A stretch of DNA of 64,000 bases from a bacterium (GCA_049700315.1 JBNAVN010000001.1:4776-68775); one strand, 5' to 3'; counted from the first letter of the stretch, positions 20,432-30,737 are shown. The notes: generated by a model not told the origin, from the letters alone. Translations and numbers: made by a program.

Positions 20432-20751
20432 TAAGGGGAACGATTCCCCCTTATCTCCAAAAAGTTTGAACAAAACAATACTTTTTGGAGACCTCTAATC
20501 CCCCTCGTTAACCCACTCTCCCGCATCATCCCCTAATCCTCAACTCGGCACTCCCAGAAAAAATTTCACATCAGGAAAACCACCAAACTACCAAACGCTA
20601 AAGGGAACGATTCCCCCTTATCTCCAAAAAGTTTGAACAAAACAATACTTTTTGGAGACCTCTAATCCCCCTCGTTAACCCACTCTCCCGCATCATCCCC
20701 TAATCCTCAACTCGGCACTCCCAGAAAAAATTTCACATCAGGAAAACCACC
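20432..20751 (+). repeat. Two tandem ~152 bp direct repeats (20433-20584 and 20600-20751) directly after tRNA-Leu
   Basis: Near-identical copies. Each holds a GGGGAA-CGA-TTCCCC hairpin, a perfect 10 bp stem CTCCAAAAAG...CTTTTTGGAG and a C/T-rich tail ending GGAAAACCACC. Confidence 0.85.
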
Positions 20752-20759
20752 GTAACAGA

Positions 20760-21260
20760 TGGTCTGTGGTTAATGGGTTTGGATGCTGGAAAGGTTTATG
20801 GTTGATGGACATGGAGGTTGGTATGTTCTTTGGTCAATTGTCAGACGGTTTTGAAAAGCCTTTCGTTGATAGTCGGTCGTCAGTCGTCTCGCAGGACCAA
20901 TAAACCAAACCATAACGCATTTCGTAACCGGTAACCGCTTGAGAGATCTATTGTCTTACCCACCTTGTTCTGAAGTCGGTTGAGAGATAATCTACAAGCA
21001 CATCAATTAATTCACCATATGCCCGGTCAGGATCTTCTGCGTTAAATGAAAAAAACTTTCTTTCACTGAAAAGATTCCCGATCAAGTTTACTGCGACCAA
21101 TTGTTTTTAAAACCTCTTTTTCTGTACCCAGAACCACAATTCTGACCATACCCTGGTCTTCACGAATTGACTGTTTGAATCTTCGGGTCGCAAGTGGCGC
21201 AAATTTTCCCTCATTTGAACATTTGAATTGTATCATTCCGATGACTTCATATTCTTTCAA
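20760..21260 (-). pseudogene. Gene debris: 65 aa ORF (21063-21260) plus out-of-frame coding-like segments; possible disrupted gene
   Basis: A minus-strand coding-like translation changes frame (…IGRSKLDRESFQ* then RKFFSFNAEDPDRAYGELIDVLVDYLSTDFRTRWVRQ*) with no intact long ORF. Next to the tRNA and the tandem repeats. Confidence 0.3.
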
Positions 21261-21290
21261 CCTGCAAAAAATTTTTTATCACATTATGCT

Positions 21291-23354
21291 TCACACTGTC
21301 CAGTTTTTTAGTATAATATCTTTCTGTGTGATCGCCACCTTCAAAAGTGGTGTGCGATCAACTTCAATACCTTTTTCTCTTGCTTTAATAACAAATTCCA
21401 GATAATCTTCACCACTTAACTTCAATTGTGACAATGGTATTGCAACTTCACCAATTTCAGATATTTCATAGACAACATGCTGTGCGTGCCCAAATATGAA
21501 TCGCAAACCCGCAGGCTTCTCAAAATCTATCTCGTATTCATACTGCTTTATATCCTGATTCAAAACATCAAAACGAATATAAAGGTTGTCCTTGTCAAAC
21601 CCATAATAGACCATTGCAAATAGACCAGCAAATCTCTGCATTGTGCCACCCATTCTTCTCAAATCCAGATATCCTGCATTATACCATTCATAATAAAATG
21701 TCAGTCTACCATCAATAACCGGTGAAATCTGGTCAATCGGCTGAGTTACATAGAATTCTGTATGCGGGTTTATCGGAACAAATAGTTCATGAGGTGGCTC
21801 CAAACCAATCCTTTTGTATAACCATAGTGCATTTTTTCTAAATAACTCATCAAATACTTCCGTGGTCACCGAGAAAAAGTCATCGCCAAACCACCAGAAC
21901 CAATCACTCCCTTCAAGAAAATATAGGCGCTTCCATAGTTCTTTGTCTGTCACTTTCATTTCAACAAGCCTATCTCTTAAATTTTTCACGATCAACCAGC
22001 CTTTGTGGTCTTCAGGCCTACCAATCCATATATTGAAATTTGCACCGATCCAGGAACCCGGAAAAATATTTTTTAGATCATTGGTTACTACATTCTCCCT
22101 CAAGAATGAAGAAAATGTAGTTGTAGAAATTTTCTCCCTGGATAAGGTCTTGTAAAGCAATTGAATGAATTCATTACCATCACTCTTGAAATATTCCCAG
22201 GCATTTTCTCCATCAAGAATTACAGGTATAATGAATCTATCAACTGGAGATAGGGAATGTGAAATTTGTCTTATTCGACCAACAAAGTCATCTACTGCCT
22301 TTTTTGTTTCCCACCTATTATAAACAAAGGCAATTCTATCAGATAATAGATGATCGCGGAAAAAAATCTTCACATTGCCATATTTCCATGGTTTGAACAA
22401 CAGTTGACTATGATTGGGAATGCCGTTTTCATCCCGTTTAAATGATACATTTATAGAACGGGCAAGAATTTCTTCATCGGTAGCAATCCAATCTATGCCA
22501 AGCTCAGATAATATTGGAATCAATTCCTGACACACACTGCCTTCAGAAGGCCAGAGGCCACAGGGTTTAAAACCAAATATTTTCTCAAAAACTTGAATAC
22601 CCTGTAATATCTGTTCTCTGGCGTCTTCAGGATGCTTGAATTCAAAAGGAATGTCAAGATTAGGATTAGAGACCTTTGCTAAATTACTATCTATTAGCAA
22701 AGGCAATATCGGGTGAGCCAGTGGTGATGTAGTAATTTCAATCTGACCTGATTGTGCAGCATTCTTATACTCGTCAAATATCTTCGCAATAATTTTGTTC
22801 TGCAAGTTGATTATAATTTCTTTGTCCTGTTCACGAAAATTCTTTCCCCGTTGATACAATTCTTTTATCTCGTCCCTGAATAAAGGATCAATCCAGGCAA
22901 GATTTGCCCATACCTGTAAATCCCGGAATTCATCAACAGTAAAATTTTGTGCTACATTAGCAAGTTCTTCTGGCACTAATTTTTTCCCCCTTTTCATCAA
23001 CAACGAAAAATACCTTGGATAGGACTCAACCATTTCTTCCCAGTTAGCAAGAAAAAAGTCTTTGAGAATTTCAATCTTTTCTTCAATGGTCAAATCTTCT
23101 GCACGCTTTTTAAATAGAACAAACTGACGATCAGTAAAACCATTTTCTTTATAATCCTGGATTTGAATAAGCAGAGATGGAGTGAAGTTAAAAGTCGCAT
23201 GAATTTCAGGAAATTGCTGGAGATTTTTTAGCATATCAAGATAATCCTTTACAGCATGCAATCTTACCCAGGGCATCGGAAGAATTTTATCATCTGGTGT
23301 TGAATAAATCGGTTGGTGAAAATGCCACAAGAATGCAACTGAAAAATTATTCAT
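21291..23354 (-). CDS. Glycoside hydrolase family 57 protein (alpha-glucan-active) with C-terminal extension
   Basis: N-terminal FLWHFHQPIY motif diagnostic of GH57. 687 aa. Confidence 0.85.
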   Translation of the reverse strand: MNNFSVAFLWHFHQPIYSTPDDKILPMPWVRLHAVKDYLDMLKNLQQFPEIHATFNFTPSLLIQIQDYKENGFTDRQFVLFKKRAEDLTIEEKIEILKDFFLANWEEMVESYPRYFSLLMKRGKKLVPEELANVAQNFTVDEFRDLQVWANLAWIDPLFRDEIKELYQRGKNFREQDKEIIINLQNKIIAKIFDEYKNAAQSGQIEITTSPLAHPILPLLIDSNLAKVSNPNLDIPFEFKHPEDAREQILQGIQVFEKIFGFKPCGLWPSEGSVCQELIPILSELGIDWIATDEEILARSINVSFKRDENGIPNHSQLLFKPWKYGNVKIFFRDHLLSDRIAFVYNRWETKKAVDDFVGRIRQISHSLSPVDRFIIPVILDGENAWEYFKSDGNEFIQLLYKTLSREKISTTTFSSFLRENVVTNDLKNIFPGSWIGANFNIWIGRPEDHKGWLIVKNLRDRLVEMKVTDKELWKRLYFLEGSDWFWWFGDDFFSVTTEVFDELFRKNALWLYKRIGLEPPHELFVPINPHTEFYVTQPIDQISPVIDGRLTFYYEWYNAGYLDLRRMGGTMQRFAGLFAMVYYGFDKDNLYIRFDVLNQDIKQYEYEIDFEKPAGLRFIFGHAQHVVYEISEIGEVAIPLSQLKLSGEDYLEFVIKAREKGIEVDRTPLLKVAITQKDIILKNWTV

Positions 23355-23422
23355 AACTAAAAAATGTCTGAAATCCTAAACACCTGAATACCTAAAACCA
23401 TCCTTAAGAAGTTTGATGGACA

Positions 23423-24082
23423 TCATTTATTGAAATATCCCATATAAAATTTTGCATCACTAAGGATATCCTGAGGTGGATTTTGTTCCACAAGTTTTTT
23501 CAGGATTTCCTGTGCCTTATCTGTATTACCTAAAATTCCGTTCACCCTTGCCCAGGCAAGCATCCCCAAAAAGTAGAAATGTGAATCTCTGTTCCTGGCA
23601 ACCCGTTCATAATATTGCAAGGCACGTTCATAATCTTTTAAGCCTTCTGCTGCACATCCTGCACCAAATTGCGCTGAAGGTGTTAACAATGGGTCTTTTT
23701 TTTCCTTTGAAAGAAATTTATCAAAATAATCAATTGCTTCATTGAATCGAGCAGTGTGATAGTTTAATACTCCAAGGTAATAATTGGCAAGTCTCCCAGG
23801 TCTGGAATTACCATATTTTTCTGCCAATTGTAGAAAATAGTTTTCTGCTTCCTGGAGCCTTCCCATATTTACCAGATTTATCGCCTGTGTATATGTCATT
23901 TCTGCCTCAGGATTTACAGTCTCTTTAGGAAAAGCCAGATAGGCAATTGCAAAAACCGCAACAACGATACCAACACCTATCCATATTGCTGTTTCCCGAT
24001 GCTGGACAATAAATTTGATAACTTTCTCCATTGTCCGCTGGAATGAATCTTCAGTTTTCACACCTCGTTTCATATCTCTCAT
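23423..24082 (-). CDS. Membrane-anchored TPR-repeat protein (YfgM-like)
   Basis: N-terminal TM (AIWIGVGIVVAVFAIAYLAF) then TPR repeats. Start probably MRDMKRG at 24082. The listed ORF runs up to the tRNA-Arg 3' end at 24133. Confidence 0.7.
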   Translation of the reverse strand: MRDMKRGVKTEDSFQRTMEKVIKFIVQHRETAIWIGVGIVVAVFAIAYLAFPKETVNPEAEMTYTQAINLVNMGRLQEAENYFLQLAEKYGNSRPGRLANYYLGVLNYHTARFNEAIDYFDKFLSKEKKDPLLTPSAQFGAGCAAEGLKDYERALQYYERVARNRDSHFYFLGMLAWARVNGILGNTDKAQEILKKLVEQNPPQDILSDAKFYMGYFNK

Positions 24083-24133
24083 ATTGCTCCTTTTATTTAT
24101 GGGTGTCTTCCCAACCCATAAACCATATAACAA

Positions 24134-24207
24134 TACCCCTGACCCGATTTGAACGGGTGGCCTGCGGTTTAGGAAACCGCTGCTCTATCCTGCTGAGCTA
24201 CAGGGGC
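24134..24207 (-). tRNA. tRNA-Arg (anticodon CCT)
   Basis: Minus strand reads GCCCCTGTAGCTCAGCAGGATAGAGCAGCGGTTTCCTAAACCGCAGGCCACCCGTTCAAATCGGGTCAGGGGTA. Anticodon stem GCGGT/ACCGC with loop UUCCUAA. T-loop GTTCAAATC. Confidence 0.85.
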
Positions 24208-24470
24208 TAACAGATTGTTTAACAGTTGCGAAAAGCATTTGGCCGGTTGCAACCGATAACCGCAATACGACCTTCCAGGAATTATTAGTCTTTTATCACA
24301 CATATATTCACAACCCATAAAGCCATAAAACATTACTTAAAGTATATCTATTTTTGTAAGTTAGTCAATGATGCTTTTTGCTGATGAAGAGTTCTGCTGA
24401 TAAAGAAAGGAGTTGAATTGTACTGGAAAGACTATCAGATTTGAACTGCGAAGTTTGATGTAGAATTGTG

Positions 24471-25493
24471 TTATGGAAGAATTTTGAGTTTACCCGGATG
24501 TTCCCTAATTATTTTGCCAATCAATCTAACTGACCTCTGATATTTTTCCAAAAATAAATTTACTTTGTCTTCAGATAGAACAATTGCTAAACCACCTGAA
24601 GTCTCAGAACCAAATATCAAATTTCCAATTTCAGGGGTTATACCTTCTTTTTGGACTCGTTCTGAAAAAGACTTTGTATTCATTGCAATACCCGGTTCAA
24701 CAATGCCATTTCTTACAATTTCAATAGCCCCTGGATAGACTGGAATTTTGGATGCCCACAGTTCAATTCCCACATTGCTTGCTTCAGCCATTTCTATCAA
24801 ATGTCCGGCAAGCCCGTAACCAGTTATATCAGTTGCTGCATCAACTCCGATTTCCTGCATTATCCTGGATGCATTTCTATTCAGAGTAGTCATTCCCTCA
24901 AATACCGGTTTCAAATCTATTCCTTCTGCTTTGTCAAGAAGGGTAGCCTGAATAATTGTGCCGACTCCGATTGGTTTGGTGAGAATTATTACATCACCTA
25001 ATTTTGCATTCGCATTTGTAACTATCTTCTGGGGATGGATATAGCCGATGACCGAAAGTCCATACATTATCCCTTCAGAATTAAATGTATGGCCACCGCA
25101 AATAGTGACACCTGCCTCCTGTGCCTTTGCCTGTCCACCTTTCAATATTTCACCGAGTATCTTAGGATCTCCCGCCCCAGGGAAACCAACCACATTCAAT
25201 GCAAGTTTTGGCTCACCACCCATTGCATAGACATCAGATATACAGTTTGTTGCTGCAATCATTCCAAATAGATAAGGGTCATCAACAACCGGTGCGAGCA
25301 GGTCAACTGTATAAACAAGTGCTAAATTGTCATTTATCTGATATACACCTGCATCATCCGCAGTATTCAATCCCACAAGCAGATTAGAATCCGTAATCGC
25401 CGGCAGATTTGAAAGCGCCTGCGCTAACTGCGCCTTAGAAATCTTGCTTGCTCAACCCGCGCACTTGATAAAGGATAACAATCCTTTCGGCAT
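24471..25493 (-). CDS. selD: Selenide, water dikinase SelD (selenophosphate synthetase), a selenoprotein with in-frame TGA (Sec) at 25452-25454
   Basis: True N-terminus MPKGLLSFIKCAG-U-ASKISKAQLAQALSNLPAITDSNLLVGLNTADDAGVY, in frame with listed ORF 24471-25376. It matches the SelD GAG(C/U)G.KI...LLVG...DDAAVY region. The rest of the ORF is the AIR-synthase-like SelD body. ATG at 25493. Confidence 0.85.
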
Positions 25494-25595
25494 CAGAATC
25501 ACCCCCTTTTGTTCTATTGATTATATCTAAATACCGCACCAAGTCAATGACCTGGTTAGAAAGATAGTACAATCGTATAAAAAATCACTCGGTTT

Positions 25596-25636
25596 GTGCA
25601 AAACAAAAAGGGGCTGTAAAACAGCCCCTTTTTGAA
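25596..25636. terminator. Bidirectional rho-independent terminator
   Basis: AAAAAGGGGCTG-TAAAA-CAGCCCCTTTTT hairpin with A/T runs on both sides, just downstream of the minus-strand T9SS gene stop (25650). Confidence 0.7.
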
Positions 25637-25649
25637 GAAAATCCTGTAA

Positions 25650-27479
25650 TCATTCAAGCATTATTATTTTCTGGATAAGATTCTGGTCTCCCGCAGAAAA
25701 TTTTACAAAGTAGACACCAGCCGGTAGTTTGTAACCTTTATCATCTTCACCAAACCAAACAACCATTGATCGTTCATCCATTGCTGTTAACCGTGAAAAA
25801 TCCCTGACCAGCCTTCCTGTCGCATCGTAGATTCTTAATTTGATTTCTGATTTCTGAGAACTGAAGTCTGTTTTTGTGTTCTGCCATTTTATCATAACAT
25901 TTTCCTTAAATGGATTTGGTAAAACTGAAAATCCGGCAGATGATTTATCAGAAGCATATTCATCAATTCCAACAAGCACCGGCACTGCAATATCATCTAC
26001 ATACCATCCTTCTGCTACCACGCTCTGGTCACTGATAAATCTGAATCTCAGACGCACAGTCTGTCCAGAGTATGCAGAGAGCGGATAACTAACCTGGGTC
26101 CAGGTACTCTGGGTTCCATTATAAATCCCCAAAATTCGCCACCATCCACAATTGTTGTCAATTTCACAATATGAGTAATCATAGTTCAATTCTGTGGCAT
26201 ACTGATGATAGAATCGGAGCAAACTATCCGGGGTCACCACAAAATACGGCGAAACAAGCGAAGCATCATTCAAATTTGTATATTGCCAGGTATTCTCTAC
26301 GCCTGAATACCATGAATGGGTCGGTGAATTGCTTTTGTGAGTTGTGATATGCCAGTTATCATTTCCACCCGAATGTGTCCAGGAACCCTGCCCCGATTCA
26401 ATGTTATCAACAAACCCTGGTTGATTTGTCACAATGAAGTTTATTGTATTTGTATCACCAGGTGTGCCAAAGTTCAAATTGAATTGCACTGTGCGAGGAG
26501 TTGGACAGGATGCACTGATGGTAAAATTGACAACTAATACTGTATCAACCTCACCTGAGGCAATTGAGATGGTCTGCGGTGTTGCTGAGGTAATGGTTAT
26601 GTATGGGTCACTCTCAGAAATACTTGCTGTTCCCGTATATGTGCCATTGCCGTTATTCTTGCCCTGAATATAAGCCCTTATTGCCTCGCCAGGCTGGGCA
26701 ATGCGGTTACCATTTCCTGAAGTTTCTGTGAAGGTCAAACCATAATAATCCATATTTATTTTGCCAGTAACACCTACCTCAGCTGCCTGATAGATCTCTC
26801 TTGTTGAACCCTGAACAAACGCAACGATCTTACAGTTTTGCTCATTCCAACTGGCGTCAATTGTAAAATTTCTTGATTTGACAATATTCCCACTTGCGGG
26901 TATTGAAACCGCCTCACCGTTTGCATCAGGAAGCATATCCCGACAAACATGCTCAACTGTTGTCAATCCATACCAGGAATAAGGAATGTTGTTTTCAACC
27001 ACTGCAAATTGAAGAGTTCCGGAAACGGTTCCAGTTGAAGTATTAGTTATTGATGCTGTGACTGTACCACTATTTGAGACCGTATCATATGTGCAGGTCA
27101 TATCAATGGTGAGCGGGCTTGAAACTGCAAGTCTCTGGGTAATCCAGCGTCTATATATCGGATACATTGTGCCAGGCATACTCACGCCGCCAACCTCCTG
27201 ATTATTACCGTCAACCTGAATTATTGGCGTTCCACTGATACCATAATATGTCCACCTGGCAACACCATCAGGACAGGAAAATGGATAACCACTGGCATGA
27301 TAAGCAATGACTACCACTGAATCATAAGAACGATTATAGTTCTCAGCAAGACCTCTTGCTGCACCAGGACAATAAGGTCAGCCTGAAACCCTGGTGAATT
27401 CTTCAAAGACCACAACCCGCTGGCTGGCAAAAACAAAAACACCTGTGGCGAGTAGCCCTAACAGCATAAGTTTTTTCAT
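25650..27479 (-). CDS. T9SS C-terminal-sorting-domain protein with N-terminal signal peptide and thioredoxin-like U-x-x-C motif (selenoprotein; in-frame TGA at 27378-27380)
   Basis: Upstream of listed ORF 25650-27317 the frame continues to the ATG at 27479: MKKLMLLGLLATGVFVFASQRVVVFEEFTRVSG-U-PYCPGAARGLAENYNRSYDS-VVVIAYHASGY. The C-terminus is a T9SS CTD (GVYFVKFSAGDQNLIQKIIMLE). Confidence 0.7.
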
Positions 27480-27725
27480 AAGACCCCCTTTATGACTGAA
27501 TATATTATAATAAATTTTCTTAAAATGTCAAGGGGAGACTTAAATGTATGTAGTTGTTGACTTTTTGCAATAGATATGTATAATGTTGTAAGATTTTCAA
27601 CAAAGGAGGTGATTTCACAATAATAATTAAATGTGCATGTTTGGCTGGGTCCTGGTTTAGACCAATTCTAAATCCTGGATCGCCAATTTTTCAGGCTTTC
27701 TTAGGCATAACAAAAGGGAGGTAAT

Positions 27726-29369
27726 ATGAAATATGCCTTGACCATAGCGATTATGCTATCGCTATCTTTTGGACTGATATATGAATCATTCAGGTATCAG
27801 TCTACTGCAGGAATGTTTGAGGATGACTATGACCTGCTTTTTGACCCGGCAAGAATCTGTGAGATACAGGGTTCACGGGCATGGACAAGTCTATCCAATC
27901 TGGTCACGGGTAATGAAAATCTGTTTTCTAATGGAAGTGTCCCCTATATCCTGGTTGGCGGGGCAACAAACCTGGGCAAATTCTATCCTGGTATGGTCTA
28001 TGACCATAGCGTTGACAAAACAGCCCTGGCAACCGGTCTTGTTGATCCCAATGGCAATCAGATATTTGGAGACGGTAAATTGACAACCATTGACTGGAAT
28101 GACAATGATAACAATGGTGTCTATGACCAGCGGATTATTGAGACGCAGACACGTTCAGCCTATGAACAGACAAAAGATAATGATGTCTTTGTTGGTCTGG
28201 GCTACAAATTGGATAATCTACGTTTAGGCCTTGGATATCTCAGGATTGATAATAAATCTATTCTGACCGACCCTTTGAATAACTTCACCTATGATTACAC
28301 AGTGGAAGACCTCACGACAAATAGTTTTACGCTTATAAATAGGGCAGATTTTGCAGGTGATAATAACTACAATTATGGAGAAAATGACCTATTATTCAGT
28401 GTCTGGAAAGATATGGATAAGATATCCATCGGACTCCTTGCGGGCTTTGGATTAATTGGCTATGGAGAAAAAGCAAATATTACAGGAGATTCTACGATTT
28501 ATACAAATCCCGCTGATACAAACACATTCTACACCCGTGCCAATATCATTGATACTGCGAATCAGAAACAGTCGGGCAATGTTATGTCAGTCAATGTCCG
28601 CGCATTCTATAATTACAATGAAAATGCCCAGGGTAGATTCTATCTGGGATTCTACAACCAATCCCTCAGTTATGGTGATAATGCTATGGACTACTATTAC
28701 AAGACACGGGCAAATATCATGGCGCAATTTACCTGGGATACAACCAATACAATTACCTATTATGACGGTTCCTCAAACATCAAAGAGATCCAGATCGGCA
28801 CAAAACAGCTCTTTATTGTTTCAGAAAGACTGAAATTAGGATTTGGCTTACTCCTGTCTACTTCATCTGTGTTTGATTCAACTCTTGCCAGAGATACAAC
28901 GGTCTCAAGAAGAGTTTATGATGACAATGATGGTGTCAGTTTTGACCCTGATGACTATGTGCAGACCATCTGGTCAAGTCAGACCTGGATGACAAAAATC
29001 ACAGGTACGACCAGAGCCATTGCCCTTCCGATTGGTGTTGAATTCTATCTATTCCAGCCATTGGTTCTCAGACTTGGTGCCCAGCATACCTATACGATGG
29101 ATGACTATACTACAGTCACCGAACTTGTCCAGTATGAACCACAAAGAACCAGAACTGTTGATGGCACAGGCACAGTTACCGAAGATCTGATTGATCCTAA
29201 CCCTGCACCGATCGGTTCAGATGAGACAAAAAAAGTGAATACACCTCAGACCGATTATTTCTATGGCATTGGTTGGGCAGTGAATGATAACCTGCAAATT
29301 GATCTAATGGGTTTTAATCAGTTAACCAACCTGACAAATTGGAGAATTTCCGCAACATTGAAATTCTAA
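27726..29369 (+). CDS. Predicted outer-membrane beta-barrel protein (hypothetical)
   Basis: Signal peptide. Alternating amphipathic beta-strand pattern rich in Y/G/N/D. C-terminal ...ISATLKF, an aromatic terminal residue typical of OMPs. Confidence 0.55.
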   Translation: MKYALTIAIMLSLSFGLIYESFRYQSTAGMFEDDYDLLFDPARICEIQGSRAWTSLSNLVTGNENLFSNGSVPYILVGGATNLGKFYPGMVYDHSVDKTALATGLVDPNGNQIFGDGKLTTIDWNDNDNNGVYDQRIIETQTRSAYEQTKDNDVFVGLGYKLDNLRLGLGYLRIDNKSILTDPLNNFTYDYTVEDLTTNSFTLINRADFAGDNNYNYGENDLLFSVWKDMDKISIGLLAGFGLIGYGEKANITGDSTIYTNPADTNTFYTRANIIDTANQKQSGNVMSVNVRAFYNYNENAQGRFYLGFYNQSLSYGDNAMDYYYKTRANIMAQFTWDTTNTITYYDGSSNIKEIQIGTKQLFIVSERLKLGFGLLLSTSSVFDSTLARDTTVSRRVYDDNDGVSFDPDDYVQTIWSSQTWMTKITGTTRAIALPIGVEFYLFQPLVLRLGAQHTYTMDDYTTVTELVQYEPQRTRTVDGTGTVTEDLIDPNPAPIGSDETKKVNTPQTDYFYGIGWAVNDNLQIDLMGFNQLTNLTNWRISATLKF

Positions 29370-29432
29370 GACCCCTGACCCTTCCATCCACCTTGAAGGA
29401 AGAGGTTATAAGAGGGGTGAAAGGAGTAAAAA

Positions 29433-30665
29433 ATGAAGAAATTGATATTTCTTGGGTTAAGTTTCCTGTTGGTGATTGCCTGTCAAAAGGCAGAGAATAT
29501 CCTGTCACCAGACCCTGATATGCCTCAGGGTATTGGTGCAGGAAATCTGCCTACAGTGACAAGTATTACACCTGTCAACTACACTCAGATGACTGATCAG
29601 AATGGAAGCACCCCAGAAATTCAGGGTTTGATAACCGTAAGTTTTTCAGATTATATGGATCCTGCAAGTGTCACCAATAAAGACAACATCGTTATTCTGG
29701 ATGTAAGAACCAATGCAACAATCTCAAGTAATCTGATTACCACCGAATACTACCCTGAGATCAAAACTCTCTATATCTCAATCTCTAATGTACCTGATTC
29801 TGGATCATTTCTACTCAGACTTGTTTCAGGCTCATCAGGAATGAAAAATATTTATGGCTCGCCACTTGATGGAGATAATGACGATTTTGCTGATGGCACG
29901 CCTTATGATGATTACCATTCAACATTCTGGACCGCTCCGCTTTCTGATACACTTGTTGCCACATTCCAGCCTACGATAGATAACTTTGCGCCCGATACGA
30001 TTGCTACTAATAATACCACGCCCCAGATACAAATCGGTTTTCCCGCAATATCACCGATGGACACAAATACATTGAATACAAATAATATAAAGCTTGCTGA
30101 AGAAAGCGGTGGTTCAGTTACACTAAACATTGTCTCTCGCGATCCCTATGGCATTGTTCTTCAACCCCAGAATCCATTGACAACTGGTAGAAATTACACA
30201 ATTACTGTTGTCTGTAATAATATTAAAAGACTTGGTGATTCAAAAACACCTGCATACTTATTAAGGCTTGATGGCAATGATGATGGCCCTGAAGAAACTG
30301 AGCCGGATTTGCAATCCTATTTCCGGGTTGATGACCCAAATAATCCTCCAAGGATTCAAAGTGTGACCGCGATTGGGACAAGTGGTGTAATGATTACCTT
30401 CACAAGATTGACAGATAATTCAACTATTAATGCAAACAACATTATGGTTTATGATAACAGTGGCTATGTGCCTGGTGATATGAGAATCTATACGAATACT
30501 GGTGGCGATCGTACTATTGTAGATTACTACTACAAGAGAACTATTGGTGGTGGTCGTCGCGTATGGATTTCAAGACAAGTACAAGCAACAAATGGATACA
30601 ATCTTGACGGTAATGGTAATGGCATTGGCGGCGAACCATGGGATGATTATAAGAGTGCATTCTAA
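29433..30665 (+). CDS. Lipoprotein with Ig-like (SbsA/Big-type) domains
   Basis: Lipobox LLVIAC. Repeated beta-rich, T/S/N/D-rich segments. Confidence 0.55.
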   Translation: MKKLIFLGLSFLLVIACQKAENILSPDPDMPQGIGAGNLPTVTSITPVNYTQMTDQNGSTPEIQGLITVSFSDYMDPASVTNKDNIVILDVRTNATISSNLITTEYYPEIKTLYISISNVPDSGSFLLRLVSGSSGMKNIYGSPLDGDNDDFADGTPYDDYHSTFWTAPLSDTLVATFQPTIDNFAPDTIATNNTTPQIQIGFPAISPMDTNTLNTNNIKLAEESGGSVTLNIVSRDPYGIVLQPQNPLTTGRNYTITVVCNNIKRLGDSKTPAYLLRLDGNDDGPEETEPDLQSYFRVDDPNNPPRIQSVTAIGTSGVMITFTRLTDNSTINANNIMVYDNSGYVPGDMRIYTNTGGDRTIVDYYYKRTIGGGRRVWISRQVQATNGYNLDGNGNGIGGEPWDDYKSAF

Positions 30666-30685
30666 GGGTTGAAATTGAAACAGGA

Positions 30686-30721
30686 ATGGTAAAGGGAAGG
30701 GCAATCCGCCCTTCCCTTTTT
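30686..30721 (+). terminator. Rho-independent terminator downstream of the lipoprotein gene
   Basis: AAGGGAAGGGC-AATCC-GCCCTTCCCTT followed by TTTT. Confidence 0.75.
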
Positions 30722-30737
30722 GATTAAGGGAGGTGTA

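Noticed and set aside
20299-20529. 76 aa minus-strand ORF
   Set aside because: It overlaps tRNA-Leu and the first tandem repeat. It is an artefact of the GC-rich tRNA sequence.
20432-20751. Possible CRISPR array
   Set aside because: Only two copies of a long (~152 bp) unit separated by a 15 bp linker. There is no repeat-spacer periodicity and no cas genes.
24208-24470. Search for tRNA-Sec (selC) in the 260 bp non-coding stretch next to selD, including a 12 bp palindrome CGGTTGCAACCG
   Set aside because: No cloverleaf with a UCA anticodon and an 8 bp acceptor stem could be built on either strand. The palindrome alone is uninterpretable.
25199-25387. 62 aa + strand ORF
   Set aside because: It lies antisense to the genuine selD N-terminal coding region that is read through the TGA.
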